Below the pieces are notes generated by a model, which was given only the letters and a program-made list of their open reading frames with translations, searched no databases and was not told the DNA's origin. From positions 736,001-800,000 of the forward strand of contig CAVWUU010000004.1 of NCBI GenBank assembly GCA_963758295.1: a stretch of DNA of 64,000 nucleotides, read 5' to 3'. A program made the translations under genes and the position numbers. Shown piece after piece: positions 30,941-40,573 of the stretch (positions are counted from its first letter, which is position 1; each line of letters begins with the position of its first letter). The stretch comes from Candidatus Eremiobacteria bacterium (GTDB lineage: Bacteria > Vulcanimicrobiota > Vulcanimicrobiia > Vulcanimicrobiales > Vulcanimicrobiaceae).

Positions 30941-32578
30941 TTAGGCCAGGGGAGGCGGGGAACCCTCCTCGCGCCAGAGCACGAATCGCTCGACCAGATC
31001 CGGGTCGAACTGCGTTCCCGAGTTCCGAAGCAGCTCCGCCAAGGCCGCCGTCTCGCTGATGCCTCGGTGGTATGGGCGATCCGAAACCATCGCGGAGAAC
31101 GCGTCGAGGATGGCGACCGCCCGAGCCAATGGATGAATTTGGTCGCCTTTCAAGCCCAACGGGTAACCGAAGCCGTCCCACCGCTCGTGATGTTGTCCGA
31201 CGATCTCCGCGACTTCTTGATACCCCGGTTGATGCTCCAGAATGTGCTTGCCGAATGCGGAGTGCTGCTGCATCGCTTCGTACTCGTCTCGAGTCAGGCG
31301 GCCGGGCTTGATCAGAATCCGGTCGGAAACCAAAAGCTTCCCGACGTCGTGCAATAAGCTGGCTTGCAGTAATTGCGCGAGCATGTCGCCATCCAGCTCC
31401 AGGTTGTATTCGGACCACAGCTTCGCCATCGCGTTGACTTGTAACAGATGAACGCGCGTGTAAGGATCCCGATCCAGCAGTCCTTCGACGATCGTTTCGA
31501 CGCCGGTAAAATTTCCGTGCGTCGTGTAGGCGTCGAGGTCGTCGGGACCGACCGGTACACCGCCCTGTTTGCGGCTTAAACGCGTACGGTGAACGCACAA
31601 AGCCGTTACGTCGCCACGCGTTCCGGCTTCCAGTGGAGCGATCACGTAACCGCATGCAACGGAGATCGGCAGCGTTTGATCGGGCGATACGTACGCAAGG
31701 CCGGCCAAGCGCGTCGCGAGACGCTCCACCAAATGGTCTATCAGGTCGGGCGACGCGTCGCTGACCAACGCCATGAAGACATCACCGCCAAACCGCCCGA
31801 CCGTTAGATGATCGTGCGCTTCTTCGAATTCGCGCAACTCACGAGCAACACGACGCAACACTTCGTCGCCCTCGGCATACCCGTAAATTTCGTTGAACAT
31901 GCCGAAATTGACGAGGTTTAGCATCACTGCTACGCACGGACGCGTCGACGTTGAACCCGCGAGCGCACGATCGAGATCGCGCGAGAGCTTCGAATGGTTT
32001 GCGAGCGTCGTTAGCGGATCGAACTCAGCCGTGCGTTGCAACGCTTGATACATGCGTTGGTTTTGCACGGCAATCGCGAGATAATGGCCGATGGCGGCAA
32101 TCATGTCTACGTCATTCGTGTCGTACGCATTCGCTCGGGGGCTCTGCACGGAAAGCGCGCCGATGACTTCGCCCGCGGCGCGCATCGGCACAAAAATCGC
32201 CGAAACGCTGTCGTTAGTCCAAGGACGGTCCTGATTGATTGCGTGCGAACCGCCGGGAGCCCATTCATCCGGCGCATTTCCCCAAATGATGCCGCCCGAT
32301 TCAATGGCCGCCCGAGCGCGCGACTTTGGTGACAGTTCGATGTGGGGATAGCGGCGAATTTCACCGTGATCGTAAAAGTATTCGATCGCGTGATTGCCGC
32401 TTGCGTTTGCGAGCGCTATAAACACCACCGACGAGTCGATGTGTTCGGCCAGCATTCGGGTGAGACGATCGAAGAGATCACCAAGGGAAAGGTCGGCGGC
32501 AAGCAATGTTGCGGCTTGCTTTAAAAGCAGCCGTTCCTTGGTATGAGGCCGGTCGAACGCGGTAATCCGATCCTTCAT
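30941..32578 (-). CDS. GAF-GGDEF(degenerate GGDVF)-HD-GYP c-di-GMP phosphodiesterase
   Basis: GAF, DPLT, GRFGGDVF, LLHDVGK, HHERWDGFGYP, SGTQFDP. Confidence 0.92.
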   Translation of the reverse strand: MKDRITAFDRPHTKERLLLKQAATLLAADLSLGDLFDRLTRMLAEHIDSSVVFIALANASGNHAIEYFYDHGEIRRYPHIELSPKSRARAAIESGGIIWGNAPDEWAPGGSHAINQDRPWTNDSVSAIFVPMRAAGEVIGALSVQSPRANAYDTNDVDMIAAIGHYLAIAVQNQRMYQALQRTAEFDPLTTLANHSKLSRDLDRALAGSTSTRPCVAVMLNLVNFGMFNEIYGYAEGDEVLRRVARELREFEEAHDHLTVGRFGGDVFMALVSDASPDLIDHLVERLATRLAGLAYVSPDQTLPISVACGYVIAPLEAGTRGDVTALCVHRTRLSRKQGGVPVGPDDLDAYTTHGNFTGVETIVEGLLDRDPYTRVHLLQVNAMAKLWSEYNLELDGDMLAQLLQASLLHDVGKLLVSDRILIKPGRLTRDEYEAMQQHSAFGKHILEHQPGYQEVAEIVGQHHERWDGFGYPLGLKGDQIHPLARAVAILDAFSAMVSDRPYHRGISETAALAELLRNSGTQFDPDLVERFVLWREEGSPPPLA

Positions 32579-32654
32579 AAGAGATACCCTGACACCCGGC
32601 CTTCGTTTCCCTCGGGTAAAGGCCCGCCTCGAGATGGTAAGTTTTCTGCAAAAG

Positions 32655-32678
32655 AAGGCCGCCTTCGCAGGCGGCCTT
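32655..32678 (-). terminator. Terminator after the H1-like gene
   Basis: AAGGCCGCC-TTCGCA-GGCGGCCTT with U-rich tail on the minus strand. Confidence 0.7.
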
Positions 32679-32684
32679 GCAGTT

Positions 32685-33581
32685 TTAGCGGCGCTTACGC
32701 CCTTTTGAAGATGACTTCTTTCGCGGAACTTTCGCTCCGCCGCGGCGGGCTTCGGAGAGCCCGATCGCAATCGCCTGCTTGCGATTCTTCACTTTCGGTC
32801 CCTTGCGGCCGGAACGAAGCTTGCCTTCTTTCATCTCGTGCATCGCGCGCTCGACCTTGCGGCCGGCCTTCGGGCCGTATTTGCGTCCCGAGCTCTTTTT
32901 TGCGGAAGAACTCTTCTTGCGCGAGGAGCTTCCCTTACGCGAAGAACTCTTCTTGGCCGCGCTCTTCTTTCGGCTTGAGGTCTTCTTGCGCGTTGACGTT
33001 GATTTACGGGCAGAAGTCTTACGCGTGCCGGCTTTCTTGCGGCCGGTGGCTTTCTTTCTCGACGTGCCGGATTTCGCGGACGTCTTCTTCCGGCCATTCG
33101 ATGCTTTCTTCCGAGTGCCAGTCGATTTTTTGCGTGCGCCGGTCGACTTTTTGCGTGCGCCGGTTGACTTTTTGCGTCCGCCGGTCGACTTCTTCCGAGC
33201 GCCGGTCGACTTCTTCCGAGCGCTGGTCGACTTCTTGCGGCCGCTGGAACTCTTCTTACGGGTCGACGTCGATTTCTTGCCTCCGCCGCGCCCAGCTGTT
33301 TTAACTTCATCCGGATCGGTCTTGCCGATTCCGGTTTCGTCGTGCCCCGCTTGCACGAACTTGTTGAAGCGGCCATTGGGATCGTAAAGAAAACCAAGAC
33401 CGCTCACATCGAATATCTCAAAGAAGTGGTCCCAGGTAATCGGCTCGAGACGCTCGTCGCGGTCACCGAAGTCGATACGCAGCATTCCGCCCGTCCCTTC
33501 TACTTGAGCGGGACGGCCACCATTGCGCTCTACCCACTCTTGGATTTCGTCGTGATCGGTCGTTTGGCGTGCACTTGCCAA
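32685..33581 (-). CDS. Tripartite protein: acidic conserved N-domain, histone-H1-like K/R/S/T repeats, C-terminal DUF6496-like domain
   Basis: TTDHDEI..W...GGRPA...LRIDF...FNKFV; KKSTGAR heptads; KVERAMHEMKEGKLRSG...KQAIAIGLSEAR; GGAGG SD. Confidence 0.85.
   Translation of the reverse strand: MASARQTTDHDEIQEWVERNGGRPAQVEGTGGMLRIDFGDRDERLEPITWDHFFEIFDVSGLGFLYDPNGRFNKFVQAGHDETGIGKTDPDEVKTAGRGGGKKSTSTRKKSSSGRKKSTSARKKSTGARKKSTGGRKKSTGARKKSTGARKKSTGTRKKASNGRKKTSAKSGTSRKKATGRKKAGTRKTSARKSTSTRKKTSSRKKSAAKKSSSRKGSSSRKKSSSAKKSSGRKYGPKAGRKVERAMHEMKEGKLRSGRKGPKVKNRKQAIAIGLSEARRGGAKVPRKKSSSKGRKRR
33121..33246 (-). repeat. Coding 21-bp tandem repeat (about 6 units)
   Basis: GTCGAC(T/C)T(T/C)TT(G/C)CG...CCG-like units encoding the KKST(G/S)(A/G)R heptads. 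Confidence 0.85.
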
Positions 33582-33644
33582 ATCAAACCTCCTCTAGAGG
33601 AATAGTACTTCGTGTAGGTACCCAACGCTCGACCGTCCTCCAAC

Positions 33645-34232
33645 CTATCCTTGACTCTTCTGTCCGCTCTCGAACAAATCAAGGCGATACGTCGCTGCCT
33701 CGTGATGCGCGCAAAGCCGAAGACCCGACGCATAGAAACTTTCGTGGACTTCTTCTGCGGTCGTCGCATGCCCGTGCACCGGCGGAGTCCAATGCACGAG
33801 TAAAACTTGTCCACCCGGATTCAAGGAGCTTACGATCGCGTTCCGCGTTGCAAGCAAATCCCGGCGGTCCAAATAAAAGCCGACTTCGCAAAACGTCACG
33901 AGATCGAAGCACCGGCCACTTGGGAAGTCGCGGGGAACGGCTCCTACTGCAAACTGAACGTTTGCTAAAGCCTTGCAACGATCACGCGCGCGCTCTACCG
34001 CGTCCGGCGAAACGTCCATCGCATAAAGTGAACCGCACCGCGCGGCAAGCATCTTCGTGAACACGCCGATGGAGCATGCGATCTCAATCGCACAAGCGTA
34101 CGACCCGCGAAGCACACCGATCGATCGATTGTATTTCTCCCGCTCGTACTCGCTGTTCTCGAAGTTCCAGGGATCCCGCTCTCGGCGGTAGAGGTCGATG
34201 AAGTACTGGGGATCGACACTGCGCGCACACAT
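33645..34232 (-). CDS. NodS-like SAM-dependent methyltransferase
   Basis: DPW....YEREK, EIACSIG, FDLVTFCEVGFYL, LVHW. Confidence 0.88.
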   Translation of the reverse strand: MCARSVDPQYFIDLYRRERDPWNFENSEYEREKYNRSIGVLRGSYACAIEIACSIGVFTKMLAARCGSLYAMDVSPDAVERARDRCKALANVQFAVGAVPRDFPSGRCFDLVTFCEVGFYLDRRDLLATRNAIVSSLNPGGQVLLVHWTPPVHGHATTAEEVHESFYASGLRLCAHHEAATYRLDLFESGQKSQG

Positions 34233-34237
34233 GGTAA

Positions 34238-34957
34238 CTATTTTCCTTGAGCCGCCTCTCGTTCGGCTTCGTCCGGGCCGCCGCAAATGAGAAAATGCAC
34301 GACGACTGCCGCCAGCGCGCCGACGACCGGGCCGACGGCATAGATTGGGACGAGGTCCCAACGGCCGCCGAGGATCTGCGGCGCAATGGAGCGTGCGGGA
34401 TTCATCGATGCGCCGCTAATCGGGCCACCAAAGAATCCGCACGCCGCGACCACGAACCCGACGGCTAAAGCGGAATCTTTGCCGACAACCGCTTTTTCCG
34501 TCGCCGTCATGAGGATCGTAAGTACGACAATGAACGTTAAAACGATTTCCACGATCGCCGCTTGGAAGAACGTAAATGAGACGCCCGGATGGCTCGCGCC
34601 GAGAACCATATTCTGTCCGTAACACCATAGGACCGCATATGCGGCGAGGAACGCACCGACAAACTCCGCTACGAGGTACGCGAGCGCCATTCGCCCCGGA
34701 AAGACGCGCGCCAACCAAAAACCGATGGTCACGGCGGGATTCACGTGCGCGCCGGACGTTTCGGCAAAAGCGTAGATAACGACGGCAGTGATGAGTCCAC
34801 GCGCGAGCCATCGCGAAACGTAGTCGACGTCATGGGTGGTGTAATACGGGATGTCGACGGACGTCGCCGTCAACGTCACCATAAAGGTTCCTACGATTTC
34901 CGCAAACAGCTTTTGATAGATGCCCGGATTGTGTTTCTTGTCTTTATTCCTTCGCAT
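34238..34957 (-). CDS. MIP/aquaporin family channel
   Basis: SGAHVNPAVT and ISGASMNPARS. Confidence 0.95.
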   Translation of the reverse strand: MRRNKDKKHNPGIYQKLFAEIVGTFMVTLTATSVDIPYYTTHDVDYVSRWLARGLITAVVIYAFAETSGAHVNPAVTIGFWLARVFPGRMALAYLVAEFVGAFLAAYAVLWCYGQNMVLGASHPGVSFTFFQAAIVEIVLTFIVVLTILMTATEKAVVGKDSALAVGFVVAACGFFGGPISGASMNPARSIAPQILGGRWDLVPIYAVGPVVGALAAVVVHFLICGGPDEAEREAAQGK

Positions 34958-35926
34958 TTAACCTGCGCGTGACGTTTCTAAGACCGATTCCAGTTCTTGT
35001 AGTACTTCGTGGACCGAAATTTCAGCAAGACCCGGATCGACGGCGGCTGCATGAGGATCGCCGGTGCGTCCGTGCCAGATCGCTCGATGATGCCGGCGCT
35101 CGCGCGGCGGCCCCCAGCGCGCCGGGCTCATAGGTCCGAACAGCACGACCGACGGTGTTCCCACCGCCGTGGCGACATGGGCCATTCCCGTATCCCCGCA
35201 TACCACCGCTTGCGAGCCCGCTACGATGGATGCAAGGTCTTCTAATGACGTATGCCCAGCAAGCACCACATTCATATCAAGGCCGGCGTTTCGCGCGATG
35301 ATGCGGCACCGGCGGAACTCGTTGCGATTGCCGGTGAACGCCAGACGATAGCCGCGTTTGCGCAGTTGCGTAGCGAGATCGATCCAAGATTTCACGGGCC
35401 AACGCCGGGACTCACTCGAAGCGCCGGGATGCAACAAGATGGCGTTGTAAGCGCGCGCGGATCGGGCCGGCACCCGGAGATCTAAATCGTGGGCGTTCGC
35501 GGGAATGCCGCTCTCTTCGAGCATCCTGCACCAGCGGTTTACTTCATGTTCGTCGTCACGCCAAACCGGGCCGCCGGCGGGTATTCCAACCTCGTCGTTC
35601 TTGAAGGCGATGAACCGGCGCGGTTCGGTTTCCAAAATCACGCGATGGCTTTGCGGCCCGCTCCCGTGCAAGTTCACCGCTACGTCGGCGCAGTGAAGCG
35701 CCGGATCGAGCGACGCAAGGGGCGCCGTATCTACGACTTCGTCAATGCAGTCGCCGCACAGTTTCGCGAGCGGTGCAAGGGCAATCGGCGCCGCGAGGAT
35801 GCGATGGTGGCTTGGAAAAGCACGCGCAAGTGCCCGATAGGCGGGGACGCCGGTCAAGAAGTCGCCGAGTCCGAGAGGACGTACCAGCACGAGGCGCGGT
35901 CGTTGCGTCGTGATAGCGGCAATCAT
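34958..35926 (-). CDS. Glycosyltransferase family 9 (heptosyltransferase-like)
   Basis: LGLGDFL, HPGAS...RRWP, DTGMAHVATAVGTP. Confidence 0.9.
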   Translation of the reverse strand: MIAAITTQRPRLVLVRPLGLGDFLTGVPAYRALARAFPSHHRILAAPIALAPLAKLCGDCIDEVVDTAPLASLDPALHCADVAVNLHGSGPQSHRVILETEPRRFIAFKNDEVGIPAGGPVWRDDEHEVNRWCRMLEESGIPANAHDLDLRVPARSARAYNAILLHPGASSESRRWPVKSWIDLATQLRKRGYRLAFTGNRNEFRRCRIIARNAGLDMNVVLAGHTSLEDLASIVAGSQAVVCGDTGMAHVATAVGTPSVVLFGPMSPARWGPPRERRHHRAIWHGRTGDPHAAAVDPGLAEISVHEVLQELESVLETSRAG

Positions 35927-37137
35927 GATGCTTGCGCTGAAAACGCCTGTTGAACGATGACGCGCTGATAAACTTCCTGCGTTTCCGCGGCGATGCGCGT
36001 CCAACCGTAACGCTCGTTCGCGCGGCGCGCTCCGGCTATGCCGAGCGAGATGCGCAGACGTTCGTTCTGTAAAAGTTTTCGAATGGCTTCAGCCAGCGCG
36101 ATAGGTGAGCGGGGCTCAACGTGAATGCCCGTGACGCCGTCGACGACGCTATCTACAAGTCCGCCGACCGACGCAACAACGACCGGCACGCCGCACGCCA
36201 TCGCTTCCAACGGGACGATGCCGAACGGCTCGTACCACGGGTAGCACACCACGATGTCAGCCGAGCGCAACAGCCGCGGCATCGACGTGCGTTCGACCCG
36301 CCCGCGGAATTCGATCCGTTCTTCCACGCCAAGCGAACGCGCAATATCGCGAAGGCGGCACGCTTCGGGATCGTTCCAAAGGTGGTCGCGATCGGGACCA
36401 CCCGCAATGACCAACTCCGCATTCGGCAACATCCGTAGAGCGGTGATGGCATCCGCAATGCCCTTACGTTCCACCAAACGGCTCACCGATAAAATGCGCT
36501 GTGTTTTGCGATTGCGCGACTCCGTCGGCCCGAGCGCCGAGAAGTGGGACAGATCGACACCGCACGGAACGACGGTGATGTCGTTACGATTCGTCCCCAT
36601 GCGCACGAGTTCGAAGGCTTCCGCGCTCGCGGTCGCAACGATGTGCGACGCTTCACGTGCGATCCGTTCTTCTTCGAGTAAACGGCCCTCCGGGCTCGTG
36701 TCCTTGTTGCCTTGATGCCGCTTCTTCTCGATTCCGAGTGCGTGGAACGTGTGCACGACCGGAATGCCCATCGGCCCCGCGGCGTCTAGCGATGCTTTGC
36801 CGGACATCCAGAAGTGCGAGTGCACGACGTCGGGACGCCAATCGGTCCAGCGCTGCGTCAATTGTTCGGCGAATGCCGGCATGTACTGAAGCAGGTGATC
36901 TTTTTCGATGTTGCGCGGCGGACCGGCGTCGATGTGATCGACCTGCACGCCCGTACAAAAAGGTACCGTCGCCGGAAAACGTTTATCGTCGCGACGGGTG
37001 TAGACGCGCACTTCGGCGCCTTGACGCGCCATCGCTTCGGCCAACGCTGCTACGTGAACGTTTTGGCCGCCCGCGTCGACGCCGCCTAGCACGGCCAACG
37101 GGCTTGCATGTTCTGATACAAACGCAACTTTCATCAT
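35923..37137 (-). CDS. Glycosyltransferase family 4 (MshA-like fold)
   Basis: DAGGQNVHV, HSHFWMSG, EPFGIVPLEAMACG. Confidence 0.92.
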   Translation of the reverse strand: MMKVAFVSEHASPLAVLGGVDAGGQNVHVAALAEAMARQGAEVRVYTRRDDKRFPATVPFCTGVQVDHIDAGPPRNIEKDHLLQYMPAFAEQLTQRWTDWRPDVVHSHFWMSGKASLDAAGPMGIPVVHTFHALGIEKKRHQGNKDTSPEGRLLEEERIAREASHIVATASAEAFELVRMGTNRNDITVVPCGVDLSHFSALGPTESRNRKTQRILSVSRLVERKGIADAITALRMLPNAELVIAGGPDRDHLWNDPEACRLRDIARSLGVEERIEFRGRVERTSMPRLLRSADIVVCYPWYEPFGIVPLEAMACGVPVVVASVGGLVDSVVDGVTGIHVEPRSPIALAEAIRKLLQNERLRISLGIAGARRANERYGWTRIAAETQEVYQRVIVQQAFSAQAS

Positions 37138-38063
37138 ACCATCTCCCCAATTAGCCGGTCCCAGTCAGCGAGAAACCGTTCTACCCCGAAACGCTCGCGC
37201 GCGTATTCACGCGCACGCATTCCCATGTCCATGCAGCGGTCCAGATCGTTAAGTAAGTCGCGGCTTGCATCCACCAGCTCCGCGACATTTGTAGAGATGA
37301 CACCGGCGCCGGCCGGAACCGCGTACGGGACTTCCGTAGTGGCAAGCGCGACTACGGGCATGCCGATTTGCATTGCTTCGATCAGCGAAAGGCCCAGCGA
37401 CGTCCACCGAATCGGATGAACGTAGATCCGGCGGCGTCCCAATTCTTCGTGCAGGCGATCTTGCGGTAGATTCTCGATGCCGCCCATGGGCGCCGCATCC
37501 ATTCCAAAAACGTCAACGGGTGCGACCGCATCGAAGCGCGCAAGCAAATCCGTCCCGGTAACGCGGGCGCGCCGGCGGGCTTCGTTGATCACCACGGCGC
37601 AGCGCGCCAGTTCACCGGTATAACGGTGGCCCGGGTCCACGATTCCGTGCTCGATAACGTACGTGCGCGCATCGCCGCAATCCCAGAACAACTCATTGAA
37701 ATGAGTTACGTGCAGGACCGGCACGTTTTCCACCTCGGCCATCGGGTGACGCATCTCGTTGATGCGTCCCTGCGGCGCATTGTGTTCCAGGTACACCGCG
37801 GGAATATCGACACCCGGTGTCTTCCCAAGCCACTGCTTTACGAGTTCGTATTCAGTGGGACGCTGCAAGATCACGAGATCGAGGTGTTGATCTGCGAGCG
37901 CATCGGGAGATAGTTCGACGACGCTCTCCGGCCAAGCCCAGGTTTCGGCTCTCCCACGTCCATCCGCACTGCGGTCGGGCAGCACGGGAACGAAATATTT
38001 ATGCGAGCCTTGGACGAACGCCGTCATCCAGGAACCGTGGATATGCCACGCGAGGATGTTCAT
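37134..38063 (-). CDS. GT-B glycosyltransferase (GT4-like)
   Basis: WHIHGSW N-terminus, SLGLSLIEAMQIGMP. Confidence 0.85.
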   Translation of the reverse strand: MNILAWHIHGSWMTAFVQGSHKYFVPVLPDRSADGRGRAETWAWPESVVELSPDALADQHLDLVILQRPTEYELVKQWLGKTPGVDIPAVYLEHNAPQGRINEMRHPMAEVENVPVLHVTHFNELFWDCGDARTYVIEHGIVDPGHRYTGELARCAVVINEARRRARVTGTDLLARFDAVAPVDVFGMDAAPMGGIENLPQDRLHEELGRRRIYVHPIRWTSLGLSLIEAMQIGMPVVALATTEVPYAVPAGAGVISTNVAELVDASRDLLNDLDRCMDMGMRAREYARERFGVERFLADWDRLIGEMV

Positions 38064-39073
38064 CAGGCGGCTACCATCCTAGGGACCAGCGAACGTACTG
38101 CATCAAGCACGGCTTCCGGCGTCACGTCGCGCAAACACGGTTGACCCGGAATAGGACAACTGTGCGCGCGGCATCCCGCGCACGAGATTTCCTGATCGCC
38201 GAGCAATACGTAAGGAACCATCCAGGGGCGGAAACGGGCCGCCGGAATCGTCGGCGGAAATATTTCTACGACGGGGGTGCCCGCTGCGGATGATACGTGG
38301 GTCGCAGCAGTATTGCCGCACACCACTACCGCGGCTTCGCGAACGATTGCGGCAAATTCCGCAAAAGTGGTCGATCCGGCGGCGTTGCGAACGCGAGGGT
38401 TCGTTCCGGCGACAGCCTTCGCCAATTCGCGTTCATCGGCACTGCCCGTAACGACGACGTCAAAACCGCTTTCCGTCAGCAGCTCGACGAGGGCGCGATT
38501 TCCTTCCAATGACCAGGCACGCGCCGGCACCGTGCAACCGGGATGAACGACGACATAGCCGTTTCCGAACGAAACGTTTGGTAGCGGCCGCATCGCAAGG
38601 CGAGCGTCGTCGCCGGGCGGTAGCTGATAACCCATCGCGTTCGCGAGCGACAATGCGCGTTGAACCTCGTGAATGTCGTCTTCGACGTGATGCCGCACGT
38701 CCAGTAACGACCCCGGATAATCGACGCTGATCGCGCCGATCCGTTCGACGCCTGCCATACGCAAGAGCAGCGCCATCGGCAATGGGCTTTGGTGGAACGA
38801 CGTGAAGATGACGGCTTCATCGAAGCCGCGGCGCATAGAGCACACGAACGAATCGACATCGTCGGCTTGCACCGGTCGCGGATCGGCGTCGATCCATGCC
38901 GCCTCCCAAACGACTACTTCGTCGACGCACGGAAGCATTTTCGCAGCAGCTTCGCCACGCGGGCCGCAAACCAGCGTCAGGCGGTCGCACCCGGCGCGCA
39001 AAGCGCGCAACGCCGGACCGGCAAGCAAAACGTCGCCGTTGTTATCCTGCCGTGTCGCGATTACGCTCTTCAC
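38063..39073 (-). CDS. Glycosyltransferase family 9
   Basis: RQDNNGDVLL, HPGCTVPARAW, NTAATHVSSAAGTP. Confidence 0.9.
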   Translation of the reverse strand: MKSVIATRQDNNGDVLLAGPALRALRAGCDRLTLVCGPRGEAAAKMLPCVDEVVVWEAAWIDADPRPVQADDVDSFVCSMRRGFDEAVIFTSFHQSPLPMALLLRMAGVERIGAISVDYPGSLLDVRHHVEDDIHEVQRALSLANAMGYQLPPGDDARLAMRPLPNVSFGNGYVVVHPGCTVPARAWSLEGNRALVELLTESGFDVVVTGSADERELAKAVAGTNPRVRNAAGSTTFAEFAAIVREAAVVVCGNTAATHVSSAAGTPVVEIFPPTIPAARFRPWMVPYVLLGDQEISCAGCRAHSCPIPGQPCLRDVTPEAVLDAVRSLVPRMVAA

Positions 39074-39074
39074 G

Positions 39075-39596
39075 TTAAACGCGTCCTTTGACGACGCGGC
39101 GCACGGCATCGAGAATATCGTCGGCGACGACGGGCGCGTTCTCGATTTCCGCTTGCCTCGTTACGGCCGTAGGCACGAGGACGCCACGTGCGCCCGCCGC
39201 TTCCGCCGCTTCCACGTCGGCGCCTATATCGCCGATCACGACGCAACGTTCCGTAGGAATTCCGAATCGCTGGGATGCGGCGACGATCAACCCAGGTTCC
39301 GGCTTGCGGCAATCGCAGCCGTCGCCCACGCCGTGCACGCAGACGAACCATCCGTCGATGGGTCCGGCGAGTTCCTCGATTCGCGCGTGCATGCGGAACA
39401 GGTCGTCTTCATCCAGACCGCCTGCTGCTACAGCCGGTTGATTCGTAACGACGCCGACCGCATAGCCCCATTCGCGCGCGAGTGCGAGCGCGTCTCCGGC
39501 ATGCGGCATTAATTCGATTGCTTGGGGGTCGAAGTTCTGCGGACGATCCACGATGAGCGTTCCGTCACGGTCAAAGAGAATCGCGCGATCTTTCAC
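39075..39596 (-). CDS. HAD-IIIA phosphatase (GmhB heptose-1,7-bisphosphate phosphatase-like)
   Basis: DRDGTL, VTNQ, CVH....CDCRKP, GD...D. Confidence 0.9.
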   Translation of the reverse strand: MKDRAILFDRDGTLIVDRPQNFDPQAIELMPHAGDALALAREWGYAVGVVTNQPAVAAGGLDEDDLFRMHARIEELAGPIDGWFVCVHGVGDGCDCRKPEPGLIVAASQRFGIPTERCVVIGDIGADVEAAEAAGARGVLVPTAVTRQAEIENAPVVADDILDAVRRVVKGRV

Positions 39597-40573
39597 GCCG
39601 CGTCCTCCCGCAGCAACGAAGGCAGCTTGGCAAAGCCTCGAACTTTGTGATAAACGGCGGCGAACGGAATCGCCGCGCTCGTCGCAGCCATCGTCGCGAT
39701 TTCATCGACGGTCCGGGGTCCCGGGGCTATGCGGCGCCATGCAAAATCCGCCGTCAGTCCAAGCCAAATCGCAGCCGCGCTTAGCGCAAGCGGTCTGCGC
39801 CGTTCGAGTGCCGCCGCCAACGCAATGCCGGCGCTCAAAACGGTTGCGGCATGAAGTGGGAATCGCCCGCGAGGCGAGCGCGCTAACGTCCGCCATTGCG
39901 GACCATGAAGTGCGCGCATCAGCACGTCGTCGGCATTTCCGCGTTGCAGTTTCACGCTGATCCAACGGCTTGCCGGCTGCACGGGATGGTATGCGTGCCG
40001 GCGGCCGGTCTCTAGCGTGTAACCGGCGCGCTGCGCTCGAATCGCTAAATCCGCGTCTTCGCGATACGCGCGCTTAAAACGTTCGTCGAAGCCTTGAAGC
40101 TGTTCTAAAACGGTGCGACGGTACGCCATATCCGCCGTAATCCAACTGGAGGTAGCCAAACCGCCGACGTTGCGCTCCCAATCGGTAGCACTGCGATCGA
40201 CGGGAAGCGGCACATCGATTTGCGCCTGAATTCCGCCGGCGTCTTTACCCGCGTCAGCGAGATCACCGCGCAGATCGGCCGCCCAATTGGCGTCCACCAC
40301 CACGTCGTCGTCGAGAAAGCAAATCCACTCGCTCGTCGACGCCCGCCATCCGGCGTTTCGCGCCGCTGCCGGGCCACGGCCGCCGCTGCATACTATCTTG
40401 ATGCGTGTTGCGAACTCGGCAACACGCTCGCCGACGTTCAGCGGGGCACCCTGCTTGCGATCGTCAACCAAAATTATTTCTTCGGCGTCACGCGCATTGG
40501 CTCGCTCAAGGGAATCGAGAAGCGAACATAGCGAGGCGCGCCCGATGGTCGGGACGACAATACTGTACGTCAC
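39593..40573 (-). CDS. Glycosyltransferase family 2
   Basis: VVPTIGR, GPAAARNAG, FLDDD, GFDERF...REDADL. Confidence 0.9.
   Translation of the reverse strand: MTYSIVVPTIGRASLCSLLDSLERANARDAEEIILVDDRKQGAPLNVGERVAEFATRIKIVCSGGRGPAAARNAGWRASTSEWICFLDDDVVVDANWAADLRGDLADAGKDAGGIQAQIDVPLPVDRSATDWERNVGGLATSSWITADMAYRRTVLEQLQGFDERFKRAYREDADLAIRAQRAGYTLETGRRHAYHPVQPASRWISVKLQRGNADDVLMRALHGPQWRTLARSPRGRFPLHAATVLSAGIALAAALERRRPLALSAAAIWLGLTADFAWRRIAPGPRTVDEIATMAATSAAIPFAAVYHKVRGFAKLPSLLREDAA

Noticed and set aside
32579..32654. c-di-GMP riboswitch upstream of the HD-GYP gene
   Set aside because: The region is short and I could not see the class I or II consensus motifs
32779..33387. Hydrophobic VDFLRAP-repeat ORF on the plus strand
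   Set aside because: Mirror of the Lys-rich repeat gene, which has the SD, conserved domains and terminator
35923..37137. mshA / mycothiol synthesis
   Set aside because: The MshA-like fold is common in GT4, the context is a GT9-carbamoyltransferase operon, and no other msh genes are present
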